Assembly: GCA_965213925.1 (NCBI GenBank)
Contig: OZ243927.1
Span: forward strand, 1,088,001 to 1,152,000
Source: Trueperaceae bacterium
GTDB lineage: Bacteria > Deinococcota > Deinococci > Deinococcales > Trueperaceae
DNA length: 64,000 nucleotides
Reading direction: 5' to 3'
The notes beneath the pieces were generated by a model. That model searched no databases. It was not told the origin of the DNA and saw only the letters and a program-made list of their open reading frames with translations. Within the stretch, counting starts at the first letter, position 1. Every line of letters starts with the position of its first letter. Positions 20,393 through 30,998 of the stretch are shown here, piece by piece. Both the position numbers and the translations under genes were made by a program.

Positions 20393-22051
20393 TTACCACT
20401 TGTTGCCGCACCCCTTGTTGTACTTCACGTAATTCCTGCGGTCGTAGCTCTTGTTGTTGCAGGCTTTGTTGCCTTTGGTGATTACGAAACCCGTTTGGCG
20501 CGCGTTGCGTGAGACGTTGTTGCGCAGCATGAGTCCTTCGCTGTTGTTCGTGGTGAAGTTGACGATGTTGCCTTCCGCTCTATTATTGATCGCGACGTTG
20601 TTGGCTCTACCTTTGGTCTCGCGCGAGCCGAGTTTGAAACCGCGACCGTTACCCGACTTGCCGCGCCCGTTGTTCTTAGCGGTGCAGTTTTCGACGCGGG
20701 TCTCTTTCGAGGTCCAGATATCGACGCCGTCATCCGAGTTGTTGTAAACCGTGCAGTTCTTGACGAGGTTTCTGTAGCCACCAGGCATCTTGAGACCGTC
20801 GGCGGAGTCGCCGCCATTCTGCCTGCTGTAGTTGTTATACGACTTGAAGTTCATGGCGGTGTTGTACTTGCCCAACATGTAGATGCCGTCGGAGTGGTTG
20901 CTGTGCGAGATGACGCCGTCGACGATGTTGTGGTTACCGCTCATAAACAGGCCACGCCCGGCGCTGTCCTTAAAGGTGATGTTTTTGACGATGTAGTAGT
21001 CGCCGGTGATTCTCAGAAGGACGGGGCTGCTAACGCCTTTATACTGCCGGTAGCTTCTCCGGCTGCCGTCGAGGGTGGCACGTTCGCCGGGGCAGCTCAT
21101 GATGGTGATGGGCTTACCTTTTTTGCCGTCGCGCTTAAAGGCTTGGCGGTCGTAGCCGGCATAAACTTGGTAGGTACCTTTATACGTGCCGCCGCGCAAG
21201 CAGACCGTGTCGCCCGGCTTGACCGTTCTCGCCGCTTTGAGGAGGGTTTTCCAGGGTCTCTTCTTCGAGCCGCTGTTGCTGTCGCTACCTTTAGGCGAGA
21301 TGTAGTAGTCGATATTGCCCGTTTTAACTTTCGGACCTGAGCTGACGGGTGCGCTCTTAGACGAGCTGTCGCCGCCGCTATACTTGATGACGAGCTGAGG
21401 TGCACCGCTTTTGCTGCCGCGGTAGGACTCGGCGACGCGCCGGTCGTTCTTATCGTTGCCCGAGATAATGAAGGTCATCGCGTTACCGTAGTCCCAGCCT
21501 TTGCGGTCGGTGACCTCTTCGACAACCTTGTCGAGGTCGGGGGTGCGCTGCTTTTTGCCACGCTCGCCACGCTTTTTCCAAGCGTCAATTTTCCAGCTTA
21601 CCGAAGCGGAGGTTTTGCTGCGCTTCGAGATACCCTTGTTGCGACCCTGCGAAAAGCCCGACGAGTCGTCGGTGTCGTGGGCGCGGATGCGCACCTTGAC
21701 GTAGCCCGAATCGGTCTCGTCCGCCTTGAACTGGATATACGCATCTTTAATGTCTGCGCCGCGCGGCACCTTGACGTTGTTGAAGCGCAAGCCGACAAGC
21801 TGCTGTCCGCGTTTGGTGTCGTGGGTCAGCTCCAGGTCGGTACTGGTATTGACGACCAGACCTGACTTTCTCTCTTCGGCGTTGTCGCGGTTAGAGGAAA
21901 CGCGCGCCTCTGTCGTCTTCGTTTTAGCCGCGTTCTCTAATTCGGGCACTTCTTCCAAGCCGCTGCTACACGCTGCGAGTAGCAGCGCGACGCTGGCGAC
22001 AAGTAGCACGAGTTTGCTGCTACACGACGTTGTAGATGACTTGACTTCCAT
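20393..22051 (-). CDS. Lys-rich lipoprotein with N-terminal beta-sandwich-like domain and right-handed beta-helix (PL9/DUF1565-like)
   Basis: LLAAC lipobox; YYISPKGSDSNSGSKKRPWKT; ADG...NSDDGVD...GNGRGFKLG. Confidence 0.8.
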   Translation of the reverse strand: MEVKSSTTSCSSKLVLLVASVALLLAACSSGLEEVPELENAAKTKTTEARVSSNRDNAEERKSGLVVNTSTDLELTHDTKRGQQLVGLRFNNVKVPRGADIKDAYIQFKADETDSGYVKVRIRAHDTDDSSGFSQGRNKGISKRSKTSASVSWKIDAWKKRGERGKKQRTPDLDKVVEEVTDRKGWDYGNAMTFIISGNDKNDRRVAESYRGSKSGAPQLVIKYSGGDSSSKSAPVSSGPKVKTGNIDYYISPKGSDSNSGSKKRPWKTLLKAARTVKPGDTVCLRGGTYKGTYQVYAGYDRQAFKRDGKKGKPITIMSCPGERATLDGSRRSYRQYKGVSSPVLLRITGDYYIVKNITFKDSAGRGLFMSGNHNIVDGVISHSNHSDGIYMLGKYNTAMNFKSYNNYSRQNGGDSADGLKMPGGYRNLVKNCTVYNNSDDGVDIWTSKETRVENCTAKNNGRGKSGNGRGFKLGSRETKGRANNVAINNRAEGNIVNFTTNNSEGLMLRNNVSRNARQTGFVITKGNKACNNKSYDRRNYVKYNKGCGNKW

Positions 22052-22728
22052 AAATGACTCTCTTTCTGCTGCCCAGCATTTTAGAATGTGACTGGCTTGA
22101 CCCAGCCGCCCTGAACCGCAACACGGCATATAGACTTGAGGTACCAAGCCTTGCGGCGTTGCGTATTTGTGCCTACTAGTCTCAGCTTGTGGGCTACTAG
22201 TTGTACCTTGCCACGCGCTGTTTGTCGTAGACACGCTGTGGATTTCTGAGGGGAGGCCGTCCTCAGTTACTCAGAAGGTATCGCGGACGATTATTAAAAT
22301 CATTAAGGGTTTTTGTGCAAATCATTAGTACAAAACTGAGAAATCTCATCAGGGAGGAGTTTTATCGGCTCACCGAAGTGAAATCCACTCTCACATAGGG
22401 CCGTTAAATTAAGAATTTCACACGGTTAAGCTCTAATAAATGCGCTCCAAAAATGCCCTAGCTAGCATTCTTCGGTGCGCCTCACAGGTGAGTCATCAGG
22501 CGACGTCGTCTCGAGCGGCGCAGTTCACGCTTGCAACTCTCATCTTGAGACAAACCTTTCATGAACAGTTCTTTTGAAGCACTTAGCTGAAGGGGTTATC
22601 GCCGAGAAAAGGTGTCTCTCTGTTCGCTTAAACCCTCAGCGCCGAGCGGCGTCGCGCGAACTTGGGTGACCGTTTGCGCGTTTCGAGGAGCGCTCAACCG
22701 ACTTCTTCGCCCCGGTATTGCGAATCGC

Positions 22729-22758
22729 TTGACACGCTCCGGTGTGAAAGAGTACACT
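22729..22758 (+). promoter_or_regulatory. Sigma70-type promoter of the initiator tRNA
   Basis: TTGACA-N18-TACACT. Confidence 0.65.
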
Positions 22759-22772
22759 TGTTTTTGCTGCGT

Positions 22773-22846
<74 letters not shown>

Positions 22847-22921
22847 TTAGAATGAAGGAAGGCTCACAGACGATGTCATAGTGAGTCTTTTTTCTTGTTT
22901 AGACTTGTTTAGAGGAGCATT

Positions 22922-23836
22922 ATGTCTGATTCTTCAGAGATCACCTATTCGGGCTTCGTCGCCATTCTTGGTAAGCCCAACGTCGGTAAATCGACCCTAC
23001 TCAATACCCTTTTAGGCGTCAAGGTTGCGCCGATCACGCCCAAGCCGCAGACGACGCGGCGCGGCGTGCGCGGCGTCTACAGCGAGGAAAACCGCCAGCT
23101 CGTCTTCGTGGATACGCCGGGCTACCACCGCGCCCAGGACGCTTTAGGCGACTACATGAACCGCGAGGTGCGCACCGCCATCGCCGACGTAGACCGCATC
23201 CTCTGGCTCGTAGACCTGCGCAGACCTCCTAACGACGAGGACAAGGCGGTCGCGCGGCTTTTGCAAGGTATCGACCCGGCGACGCCTATTTACCTCATTG
23301 GCAATAAGCTCGACGTCGCCAAATATCCAGAGGAAGCGCTGGACCTCTATAAAGACCTCTTGCCTAGTGTCAGCAAGGTCTATAGCTTGAGCGCTTTGGA
23401 TGACCCCGAAGCGGTCTACGCGCTTCGTGAAGACCTCTTTACAGACCTGCCCGAAGGTCCCTTTTTCTTCCCCGACAATATCCGCAGCGACCAGTCGCTC
23501 GAGGACTGGATCGGCGAACTGATCCGCGAGAGCGCGATGACGCACCTGCGTCAAGAGTTGCCTTATGCGGTCGCCGTACAAGTTTTAGAGGTGCGCGAGA
23601 ACGAAGAGGAAGACAAACCCCTCTACATCCTGGCGGAAATCTGGGTGGAGCGCCCCAACCACCGGATGATCGTGCTAGGCAAGGGGGGCAGCATGATCCG
23701 CGAAATCGGGCGCACGGCGCGCAAACAGTTAGAGATTTTCGTCGGACAGAAGATATACCTGGACTTAGAAGTCACCGTTCACAAGGCGTGGCGCGAAGAC
23801 CCCGAAGCGTTGCGCGAACTCGGCTATGAGAGTTAG
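22922..23836 (+). CDS. era: GTPase Era
   Basis: GKPNVGKS, PQTTR, DTPG, NKLD; KH domain. Confidence 0.96.
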   Translation: MSDSSEITYSGFVAILGKPNVGKSTLLNTLLGVKVAPITPKPQTTRRGVRGVYSEENRQLVFVDTPGYHRAQDALGDYMNREVRTAIADVDRILWLVDLRRPPNDEDKAVARLLQGIDPATPIYLIGNKLDVAKYPEEALDLYKDLLPSVSKVYSLSALDDPEAVYALREDLFTDLPEGPFFFPDNIRSDQSLEDWIGELIRESAMTHLRQELPYAVAVQVLEVRENEEEDKPLYILAEIWVERPNHRMIVLGKGGSMIREIGRTARKQLEIFVGQKIYLDLEVTVHKAWREDPEALRELGYES

Positions 23837-23967
23837 CGCTAAAGCGCGACTAGGTGCTGCGGACGCCGCTGCGCCCCTGTTCGCTCGAGACGCTCGCTCA
23901 CAGGTCCTTCCGCTAGAACAAGAGATGCCGATTTCGTCAACGCAGTTACCCGCACCTTCACGCAGCT

Positions 23968-24318
23968 ATGCCGATTAGCGCTCGCTGGCGCAAGGTAGAA
24001 GCGCTACTCGAAGCGCGCGGGCGCGACGCGCTGCCGGGCGTTTATGAACTCGCCGACGAGAAGAAGCGCGTCATCTACATCGGGCAGTCGGCTAGAGACG
24101 TTCCCAACCGCATCCGCCAACATTTAGCTAAAAACGCCTGTGTCGCCGAGCACGTCGCCTACTGGCGCTACGCCTACAGCCGCGTGCCGCAAGCGGACGA
24201 GGCGGCGCACATAGAAGCCTACCGCGTGCGTCACGGTGCGCTACCCCCGTGCAACCGCGCCACGCCCCTTGTGCGGACGGCGAAGCGGCGTTATTCAGAG
24301 CGTAGCAGAGAAGAGTGA
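23968..24318 (+). CDS. Small stand-alone GIY-YIG-like protein
   Basis: PGVYEL...VIYIGQS...RIRQH...E...PPCN. Confidence 0.7.
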   Translation: MPISARWRKVEALLEARGRDALPGVYELADEKKRVIYIGQSARDVPNRIRQHLAKNACVAEHVAYWRYAYSRVPQADEAAHIEAYRVRHGALPPCNRATPLVRTAKRRYSERSREE

Positions 24319-24626
24319 CGCAGTATCCGCTAAACCTCTTGCGAGCACGCCCCTGTACTTTCCTGAAATCTTCATGTGGTCAACGACAGTCGCGCCGAAC
24401 GTTCATACACGTGGTGAGCTTTTGAAGTACACCGCGTGCGCTTCATCACAGTCGGTTAGTGGAAAAATCGCCTAGCGTAGCGGAGACCTTCTGCCTAAAT
24501 TGTGCAGTATACTCACAAAAGCTGTAGCTCTTCCTACTTGTAGCTTGACGAAAGTGCGTGTTATAAAGGCGACAGCGTGGGAGATACCTAAAATTTCTCA
24601 CTTAACCTTGGAGGGAGTAAAGATAT

Positions 24627-25112
24627 ATGCGTAAACTATTGATTACATTGGCAGGGGTTCTCGTTCTAGGATTGGGGGCTGTCAACGCTCAAACAATTGA
24701 CGATACAGCCACCTCGGATTACTACGCGGGGGGCTCGCTAGGGCTTATCTTCTCGCCCGATGTGACGGGGTCGCTCGCAGGGCAGTTCGGTCTCAGGGAT
24801 TTTCTAACCGAGAATCTGGACGCCCGTTTCGACTTAGGCGTGCTTTTCGACGGTGGTTTTAACGTCGGGGCGAACGCACTCTACAACTTTCCGCTCGAGG
24901 GCGACGTCCCCATCACCATCTACGCAGGTGGCGGACCTCGTCTTTACCTCGCAGACACTGTGCGTTTCGGCTTGAGCTTCCGCGGCGGCGCTGAATACCC
25001 ATTTTCTGAAGTTATCGCAGGCTTCGGCGAGCTTCGCATTGACCCGGTCTTTGGCGGCAGCGGTGCGTTCACGTACTTCGGTTTAGCTGTTGGTGCGAAC
25101 TACAGCTTTTAA
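24627..25112 (+). CDS. Outer-membrane beta-barrel protein
   Basis: Signal peptide; beta-strands; C-terminal GANYSF. Confidence 0.8.
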   Translation: MRKLLITLAGVLVLGLGAVNAQTIDDTATSDYYAGGSLGLIFSPDVTGSLAGQFGLRDFLTENLDARFDLGVLFDGGFNVGANALYNFPLEGDVPITIYAGGGPRLYLADTVRFGLSFRGGAEYPFSEVIAGFGELRIDPVFGGSGAFTYFGLAVGANYSF

Positions 25113-25138
25113 CCAACCTTTTGAGAAAGGGCTCGAGT

Positions 25139-26089
25139 CTAGACTCGAGCCCTTTCTCTGCCTTCTTCGCGCTCGCTCAGAGTAGATTGAAGCTCGAGCT
25201 TAGGCAGTTCACTCTCTGGGAATTGCGTTTTAAGCACGCTAAGAAACACCCTTACCGCCGGAATTTTGAGGCTACTCGGCAGGGTGGCAACGTAGATGAT
25301 TCGCTCTAAAAGATTGTCTAGTGGCACGACTTTCACGTTGTCCGGCAATTCATCAATCGCGAATTCGGGTAAGACGCCGACGCCTAAGCCTTCCGAGACT
25401 AGGCGTAAGACCGTCGAATCCCCCTGCACGCTGTACGCAGGCGCTAACTCGAGGTTCAGCTCACGCGCGTACCTCTGGACGTGGTTGCCGCAGGTGTTAC
25501 AGTCAGAGAGGATAAAGGACGTTTGCGGCAAGTCAGACCAAGCGAGGACCGTGCGCGGGTCGCTTTCGTGGAGCAGGGCGCGGTAAGGGTCGCGCATAAG
25601 CTCCCAGGCGAGCAAGCTATCGTCCTCAGCGCTCTCTACAAACGCAATGTCGGCGAGGTGGTCGCGGACCATCTGCCGCTTCGTATGACCGTCTGGACCT
25701 TCGTTATCTCGCTCGATAAAACGCACATTTAATCCAGGATAGTCACGCCTCAATAGCGTAATCGCTTTAGGGATAATCTTTCCGGCAGCACTGCGGAAGG
25801 TCGCGACGGTGAGCGTCCCCTTGATCTCTCCTTTGGAGAGGTCCGCCTCTTGCTGGATGACCTCAGTTAGCTTCACCACGCCTCTCGCATGAGCGGAGAT
25901 CTTAGCGCCAATCTCAGTGGGCTCTGCGCCGAAGCGTCCGCGCTGCATGAGCTTCACACCGAGTTCGCGCTCCAACTCCGCAACCGCGTAGCTCAAGCTG
26001 GACTGCGCGACGCCTAAGTCCAAAGCCGCCTCGGAGAAACTCCCCGCTTCGGTGACGGCGAGTAACGCTCTAAGCTGCTGAAGTTTCAT
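25139..26089 (-). CDS. LysR-family transcriptional regulator
   Basis: GSFSEAALDLGVAQSSLS HTH plus substrate-binding domain. Confidence 0.93.
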   Translation of the reverse strand: MKLQQLRALLAVTEAGSFSEAALDLGVAQSSLSYAVAELERELGVKLMQRGRFGAEPTEIGAKISAHARGVVKLTEVIQQEADLSKGEIKGTLTVATFRSAAGKIIPKAITLLRRDYPGLNVRFIERDNEGPDGHTKRQMVRDHLADIAFVESAEDDSLLAWELMRDPYRALLHESDPRTVLAWSDLPQTSFILSDCNTCGNHVQRYARELNLELAPAYSVQGDSTVLRLVSEGLGVGVLPEFAIDELPDNVKVVPLDNLLERIIYVATLPSSLKIPAVRVFLSVLKTQFPESELPKLELQSTLSEREEGRERARV

Positions 26090-26228
26090 CCCTCAGTCTA
26101 GCGCGTTTTGCGTGATACACGGGTAGGGTGCGCCCATCGAAAAATTAGATAGATGACCTCTTATCTAACATTAAAGGCTTTTGATTCTCCGCGCGCGACC
26201 TCTTAACCTGCTACTAAGGAGGTCGGAC

Positions 26229-26801
26229 ATGAAACTCAATCCGGTCGCAAAATCCAGGTTTTTATTCGGCTCAAAGACGATGTCAAGCTTTATCGCACTC
26301 GTTCTTCTCACCACTTTAGGCATTGCCACCTGGCAGCTTGGACAACTCAACCCGCCCGCGCCCTACCGTGCGCCTCTGCTTAACCTTCATCTCACAGGCG
26401 CAGCGGTGGGTAACTTCGACTTTAGTGCGGACGCGCTCGCTACGAGAGAGGTTAGTCCAACGGGATTTGTCTTCAAAACGGAGGAAGATGCGGGGCTGGG
26501 GTTTCGGCTCGAGTTCAGCGGTTCACCCGAGGCGCAAAGAAATGCGGTCTACGACCTGAGCGCCGACTACCCTCTCACTTTGACGCTCTTTGACGGAGAA
26601 GCGGTCAGCGCAACCTTTACAGCAACCGAAGGCACCGCAGAATTTAGCGGCGAGAGCGGCAGAGTCGCTGCGTTTATGACTGACGAGCGCGGGCGCAACC
26701 TCTTCTTAGGCGCGAACTTTGCGTATTCGGAGGATGAAGCGTGCAGCGAGACCTACCGGTTCTGCTTCAACGCGGGGGATTGGGCGGCTCGAGGGCGATA
26801 G
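26229..26801 (+). CDS. Hypothetical membrane-anchored or exported protein divergent from LysR
   Basis: AGGAGG RBS before ATG 26229; one hydrophobic segment. Confidence 0.65.
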   Translation: MKLNPVAKSRFLFGSKTMSSFIALVLLTTLGIATWQLGQLNPPAPYRAPLLNLHLTGAAVGNFDFSADALATREVSPTGFVFKTEEDAGLGFRLEFSGSPEAQRNAVYDLSADYPLTLTLFDGEAVSATFTATEGTAEFSGESGRVAAFMTDERGRNLFLGANFAYSEDEACSETYRFCFNAGDWAARGR

Positions 26802-26886
26802 CCGAACAGAAAGCGCCCGTGTCAATAACCTGCATCAAAAGAAGAGGTCGCGCCCGGCGCGACCTCTTCCTCGTTTTGCTCAACAG

Positions 26887-27447
26887 TTAAGCTTCTTCTT
26901 GCTCGCCCTCGGTGTTCGCCTCAGCAGCCACTTCGTCCGATGCTTGCTCAGCCTCAGCGGGTTCAGCCTTCGCTGCCGCCGAGGTCGGTCTGGGCGCGTT
27001 CGGGTCGTCGCTCAGCACGAGCACTTTGAGGTCGATAGGAACGTCAGGGTGCGGTTTGTAAACGATGGTGTACTCGCCTAGCGTTTTGATGGGCTCGGAG
27101 AGCACCAACTTACGGCGGTCGATCTCGACATCGTAAGCCTGCTCGACCGCCTCAGCGATGTCTCTGTTGCCGACCGAGCCGTAGATGCGCTCTTCACCGG
27201 CGCGCACGCGAATCTCGACGCCCGCGTCGCCTAAAAGCTCCTTGAGGCGCTCCGCGTCGGACTTGCGCTCAGAAAGCTGTTTGGCGCGTTGCTGAAGCCG
27301 CGCGTCAAGCTCGGCTTTGTTCGCTTGGGTGGCGGGCAAGGCTAGGCTGCGCGGCACTAAGTAGTTACGCGCGTAACCCGGCTTGACGTTCACCATCTCG
27401 CCCGCATCGCCCAAGTTGTCTACGGGCTCGAGTAAAATCACATTCAT
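26887..27447 (-). CDS. rplI: 50S ribosomal protein L9
   Basis: VKPGYARNYLVP motif. Confidence 0.97.
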   Translation of the reverse strand: MNVILLEPVDNLGDAGEMVNVKPGYARNYLVPRSLALPATQANKAELDARLQQRAKQLSERKSDAERLKELLGDAGVEIRVRAGEERIYGSVGNRDIAEAVEQAYDVEIDRRKLVLSEPIKTLGEYTIVYKPHPDVPIDLKVLVLSDDPNAPRPTSAAAKAEPAEAEQASDEVAAEANTEGEQEEA

Positions 27448-27728
27448 CGGCGCACCAACTTCTCGGTAATCGGAACTATCGCCAACATCCGCGCCCGCTT
27501 GATGGTCGTCGCGAGCCTACGCTGATGCTTCGCGCACACCCCCGAGCGGCGACGCGGCAAGATTTTCGCCGTGTCGGAGATGAAGCGGCGCAGCATCCGC
27601 GCGTCGTGGTAATCCGTCACTTCTTGTTCGCCGGTGCAAAAGGGGCAGACCTTGGGGCGGCGACCTCTGCGTCCGCCGCGCCTATCGTCCCTGCCGCCAC
27701 CTCTTCGTTTTCCTCTATCTTGTGCCAT
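27444..27728 (-). CDS. rpsR: 30S ribosomal protein S18 (Zn-binding C+ type)
   Basis: KVCPFC...CAKHQRRL. Confidence 0.97.
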   Translation of the reverse strand: MAQDRGKRRGGGRDDRRGGRRGRRPKVCPFCTGEQEVTDYHDARMLRRFISDTAKILPRRRSGVCAKHQRRLATTIKRARMLAIVPITEKLVRR

Positions 27729-28577
27729 TTAGAAAGGTAAATCCTCTTCTGGTGGAAACTCCTCGTCGATATCGAGAGCTGGGCTCTTACGACTCGTCTG
27801 TTCCTGACCCCTTTGGGCGTCCCTCGCCGTGCTTGGGCTGGGACGGGTGCCGGTGCCACCACCACCGGGACCACGGGTCAAGTATTCAACACGCATCCCC
27901 TCGAGCTTGTCCTTATAGTTGCGGTTGCCGTCTTTGTCGGTCCAGTTGTCCGTGACCAAGCGCCCCATGACCATCACAGGGTCGCCCTTGCCGAGTTCGG
28001 CGCAGCCTTCAGCGAGGTCACGCCACACGTTCACCTCGATGAAGTGAACGCTCTCTTGGTCCTGACCATTTCGGTCGCGGTACTGATCATTGACCGCAAC
28101 GACAAAGCGCGTCACCGCGTCGCCTGAGGGGGTGTAGCGAAGCTCAGCGTCCTTGATCAAGTTACCGATAATCGTCACTTGATTGAGCGCGTTAGTTAGG
28201 CGCTCTTGACCTCTCGCGTCCAAGACCGTCGGTTCTTTGCGCGGTCCGTGCTGCAAGGCTTCCACGCGAATCGCGTTGATGCCCAGCGCACTCCTCTTCT
28301 GCCCGTTTTGGTCTTCCCAAGTGCGGTAGTTCAGGCGTCCGTCTACGAAAACGGGCGTGCCCGTATCCAACTGGTCCGCCAGATACTCCGCTTGCTTGCC
28401 GAAGACCGTCACGCGGTGATACCACGCCAAATCGCGCGCTTGACCGTCAGAGCCAATCACGTGATCGTTGCCACCTAAGTTGAGTTCGAGGATTGCAAGA
28501 CCACCGGCGGTATATTTCATCTCCGGTGCTTGGGTCAGGGTGCCTGCTAAGTGGACGCTGTTAAAGCCTCTTGCCAT
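27729..28577 (-). CDS. ssb: Single-stranded DNA-binding protein, two-OB-fold Deinococcus-Thermus type
   Basis: Two OB folds; C-terminal PPEEDLPF. Confidence 0.97.
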   Translation of the reverse strand: MARGFNSVHLAGTLTQAPEMKYTAGGLAILELNLGGNDHVIGSDGQARDLAWYHRVTVFGKQAEYLADQLDTGTPVFVDGRLNYRTWEDQNGQKRSALGINAIRVEALQHGPRKEPTVLDARGQERLTNALNQVTIIGNLIKDAELRYTPSGDAVTRFVVAVNDQYRDRNGQDQESVHFIEVNVWRDLAEGCAELGKGDPVMVMGRLVTDNWTDKDGNRNYKDKLEGMRVEYLTRGPGGGGTGTRPSPSTARDAQRGQEQTSRKSPALDIDEEFPPEEDLPF

Positions 28578-28626
28578 GATGTTCTCCTTTTATAGTCACG
28601 ATGTGCGTTACTGTCTTCGTTCGAGT

Positions 28627-28977
28627 CTAGTTCGTACGCGTTTGGGGGGCTGCTTGTTGTCTGGGTTTGCGGGGCTTGCGGGTACGCTGCTCTGGGCGGT
28701 CGCGGGTCGCTAAGACGCGCATGACGTTGTCACGCAGACGCAAGTTTCCTTCGACCGTTTTGGGTGCGCTTTCGGGCAGGGTCAGCGAGTAGATAAGGTA
28801 ATATCCCTCGTTGAGCTTGCGAATCGGATAGGCAAGGCGCTTGTTGCCCCACTCGTCCACTTCGGTAATCTCGCCCTCGGCTCGCTCCACCTGCGCGGTG
28901 ACAGCGTCCTTTTCGATCTGGAGCTGCGACTCGTTCAGGTTTGGGTCCAAAATAACGTTGAGCTTGTAGGTCGGCAC
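28627..28977 (-). CDS. rpsF: 30S ribosomal protein S6
   Basis: GAGGAGG then GTG; WGNKRLAYPI. Confidence 0.96.
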   Translation of the reverse strand: MPTYKLNVILDPNLNESQLQIEKDAVTAQVERAEGEITEVDEWGNKRLAYPIRKLNEGYYLIYSLTLPESAPKTVEGNLRLRDNVMRVLATRDRPEQRTRKPRKPRQQAAPQTRTN

Positions 28978-29123
28978 GGTTTCACCTCCTCTTTGTGTAG
29001 AGTTGCTACGTAGGGTAGCAGCTACCAAGCATAACAGATTTTTGCGGGTTGTGTTGGCAGGTGTCACAGTTTCACGGTTTGACGTGTCGGATGTTTCACT
29101 TCTCTCGCGGTGATGACCGTTAG

Positions 29124-29289
29124 TACATCGTTAAGCAAGTATTGCTACTTATCAGCATGTCACCCTGAGCCGAAGGCGTGAGGGTCTCGCCTTTCAATCT
29201 CTGCCAGAGGAGTCAGCAAGGTCAGAGATTCTTTCACTCCGCTTCGCTACGTTCAGAATGACATGGCTCATCTTTTAACTAACAGAGTA
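29124..29289. repeat. REP/MITE-like element, copy 2 (inverted relative to 5955-6181)
   Basis: Same blocks as copy 1; TACATCGTTA...TAACAGAGTA imperfect ends. Confidence 0.8.
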
Positions 29290-29290
29290 G

Positions 29291-29836
29291 TTAGGCGCTT
29301 TTGGAATTTCGAGTGTAGAGAAGGGTAAAAGCTAAGAGATAGATGCCGAGCGCAACCCAGGCGAACGTACCCAAAAGCTCGAAACTCACACCCGGATGAA
29401 CGACCCCTACAAACTCCCTTACCGGTCCTAGCCAAGCAGTACACGGGGGTTGAACGTTCCACGCAAAGGTGCAGCGCAGCAGTGGGAGGTTGAAAAGGAC
29501 GCCAACAGCGCAATAGATAGTGACGACCTGTCGCCAAAGGTAGAAGCTGGACTCGAACCCGCTCTCTTCCTCATCTATCCGCCTTCCAAATCCTAGCGAA
29601 AGAGGTATCAGTATTCGCGCCGCTATACCCGTGAGAAAGCCTATCGGCACAGCGGCGGCGAGCAGGTAGACCGTGATCATCAGAAGTGACGAGACGCGCC
29701 AATAATTAACGAGTTTACGGAAGATAATCTCTCGACCTTTTAGCGCTGCCCAAAAGAGCAGACCGAGCGGCGCGAGCACTGTGAGGAGCACCGCGAGCAC
29801 GAAGTCGAGGCGGACGAGCCAATCATAGAACGTCAC
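29291..29836 (-). CDS. DUF3177-like membrane protein
   Basis: LAVLLTVLAPL...YWRVSSLLMITVYL. Confidence 0.7.
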   Translation of the reverse strand: MTFYDWLVRLDFVLAVLLTVLAPLGLLFWAALKGREIIFRKLVNYWRVSSLLMITVYLLAAAVPIGFLTGIAARILIPLSLGFGRRIDEEESGFESSFYLWRQVVTIYCAVGVLFNLPLLRCTFAWNVQPPCTAWLGPVREFVGVVHPGVSFELLGTFAWVALGIYLLAFTLLYTRNSKSA

Positions 29837-29869
29837 TTCAAAACCTCTTCGCTACCTCTCGCCTCTTGC

Positions 29870-30148
29870 TCAAACTGCCCGCTTGAAAGGATAGACCTCG
29901 AAGCTCTCCCACACGCCCTCGCGGGTATAGATGTCGCTCTGCAAAAATTCGTCTAAGGTCTCCCTCGAGGCAAATTCCGCCACCAGCCCCGAGCCGATGA
30001 CGTTGCCCTCGTCATCCATAATCGCGCCGCCCATAAGAATGCGCTTAGCTTTGACGTGCGGCTCAATTTCACGTAGGTGTTGATCCCTTACCTGCTGGCG
30101 CTTTTCCGCAGCATCTGCCGCGTCTTTCGCTACGATAAAAAAGGTCAT
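29870..30148 (-). CDS. YciI-family protein
   Basis: R..VR..HL, GS..V, DIY..EGVW motifs. Confidence 0.85.
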   Translation of the reverse strand: MTFFIVAKDAADAAEKRQQVRDQHLREIEPHVKAKRILMGGAIMDDEGNVIGSGLVAEFASRETLDEFLQSDIYTREGVWESFEVYPFKRAV

Positions 30149-30302
30149 GATGAGCCTCCTTGCAAAAATATCTTAATATTTTATTCACCGTTACCTGAAA
30201 GCTGCCCGCGCCGTGACCTCTCCTATAGGGCGCGTTTGACGGATTCGTTAAACTCCTTTATATCAAGGTGCGCTTGCCCTTCGTGAGCGCGCGTCCTACA
30301 CT

Positions 30303-30998
30303 ATGACCAGGAGAAAAACAACTATGGCTTCAATTACGCCGAATATAACCGTTACGGACCGCTCGAGCTTCGTCACTCAGACCTACGCGCACCTCTTGGG
30401 GGCGATTTTGGGCTTCGCAGCTTTAGAGGTCATCTTCTTTCAAACAGGTCTCGCCTTCCCTATCGCGAGCTTTCTGCTCAGCCTGCCCTGGCTAGTGGTT
30501 CTATTCGTCTTTATCGGGGTGAGCTGGGTGGCGGATCACTTCGCGGCGCGCTCAGTGTCGCTGGAGGTGCAGTATGCGGCGCTCATCGGCTTCGTCGTCG
30601 CTGAGGCAATTATCTTTGTGCCGCTCCTCTTTTTGGCGCAGTCTTACGCGCCCGGCGTCATCCAGAGCGCCGCGCTCGTCACGCTCATCGGCTTTTCTGG
30701 GCTCACGGCGGTCGCCTGGAGTGAGCGGCGCGACTTTAGCTTCCTGGGCGGACTCGTGAAGTGGGGCTTCGCCTCCGCGCTACTCGTCATCGTTGCGGGC
30801 GCTATCTTCGGCTTTCATCTCGGCACGTTTTTCTCGGTGGCGATGGTGGTGCTTGCAGGCGCGTCGATTCTCTATCAGACCTCGAGCGTGCTGCACCACT
30901 ACCCCGAAGACCGCTACGTGTCCGCCTCACTCGCTCTTTTCGCGTCCGTGGCGATGATGTTCTGGTACGTTTTGCAGATTTTCATGGGGCGAGACTGA
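30303..30998 (+). CDS. Bax inhibitor-1/YccA-family membrane protein
   Basis: 7 TM segments; RRDFSFLG, ILYQTS motifs. Confidence 0.85.
   Translation: MTRRKTTMASITPNITVTDRSSFVTQTYAHLLGAILGFAALEVIFFQTGLAFPIASFLLSLPWLVVLFVFIGVSWVADHFAARSVSLEVQYAALIGFVVAEAIIFVPLLFLAQSYAPGVIQSAALVTLIGFSGLTAVAWSERRDFSFLGGLVKWGFASALLVIVAGAIFGFHLGTFFSVAMVVLAGASILYQTSSVLHHYPEDRYVSASLALFASVAMMFWYVLQIFMGRD

Noticed and set aside
23968..24318. GIY-YIG gene as mobiliser of the REP-like repeats
   Set aside because: It is not flanked by repeat copies in this window
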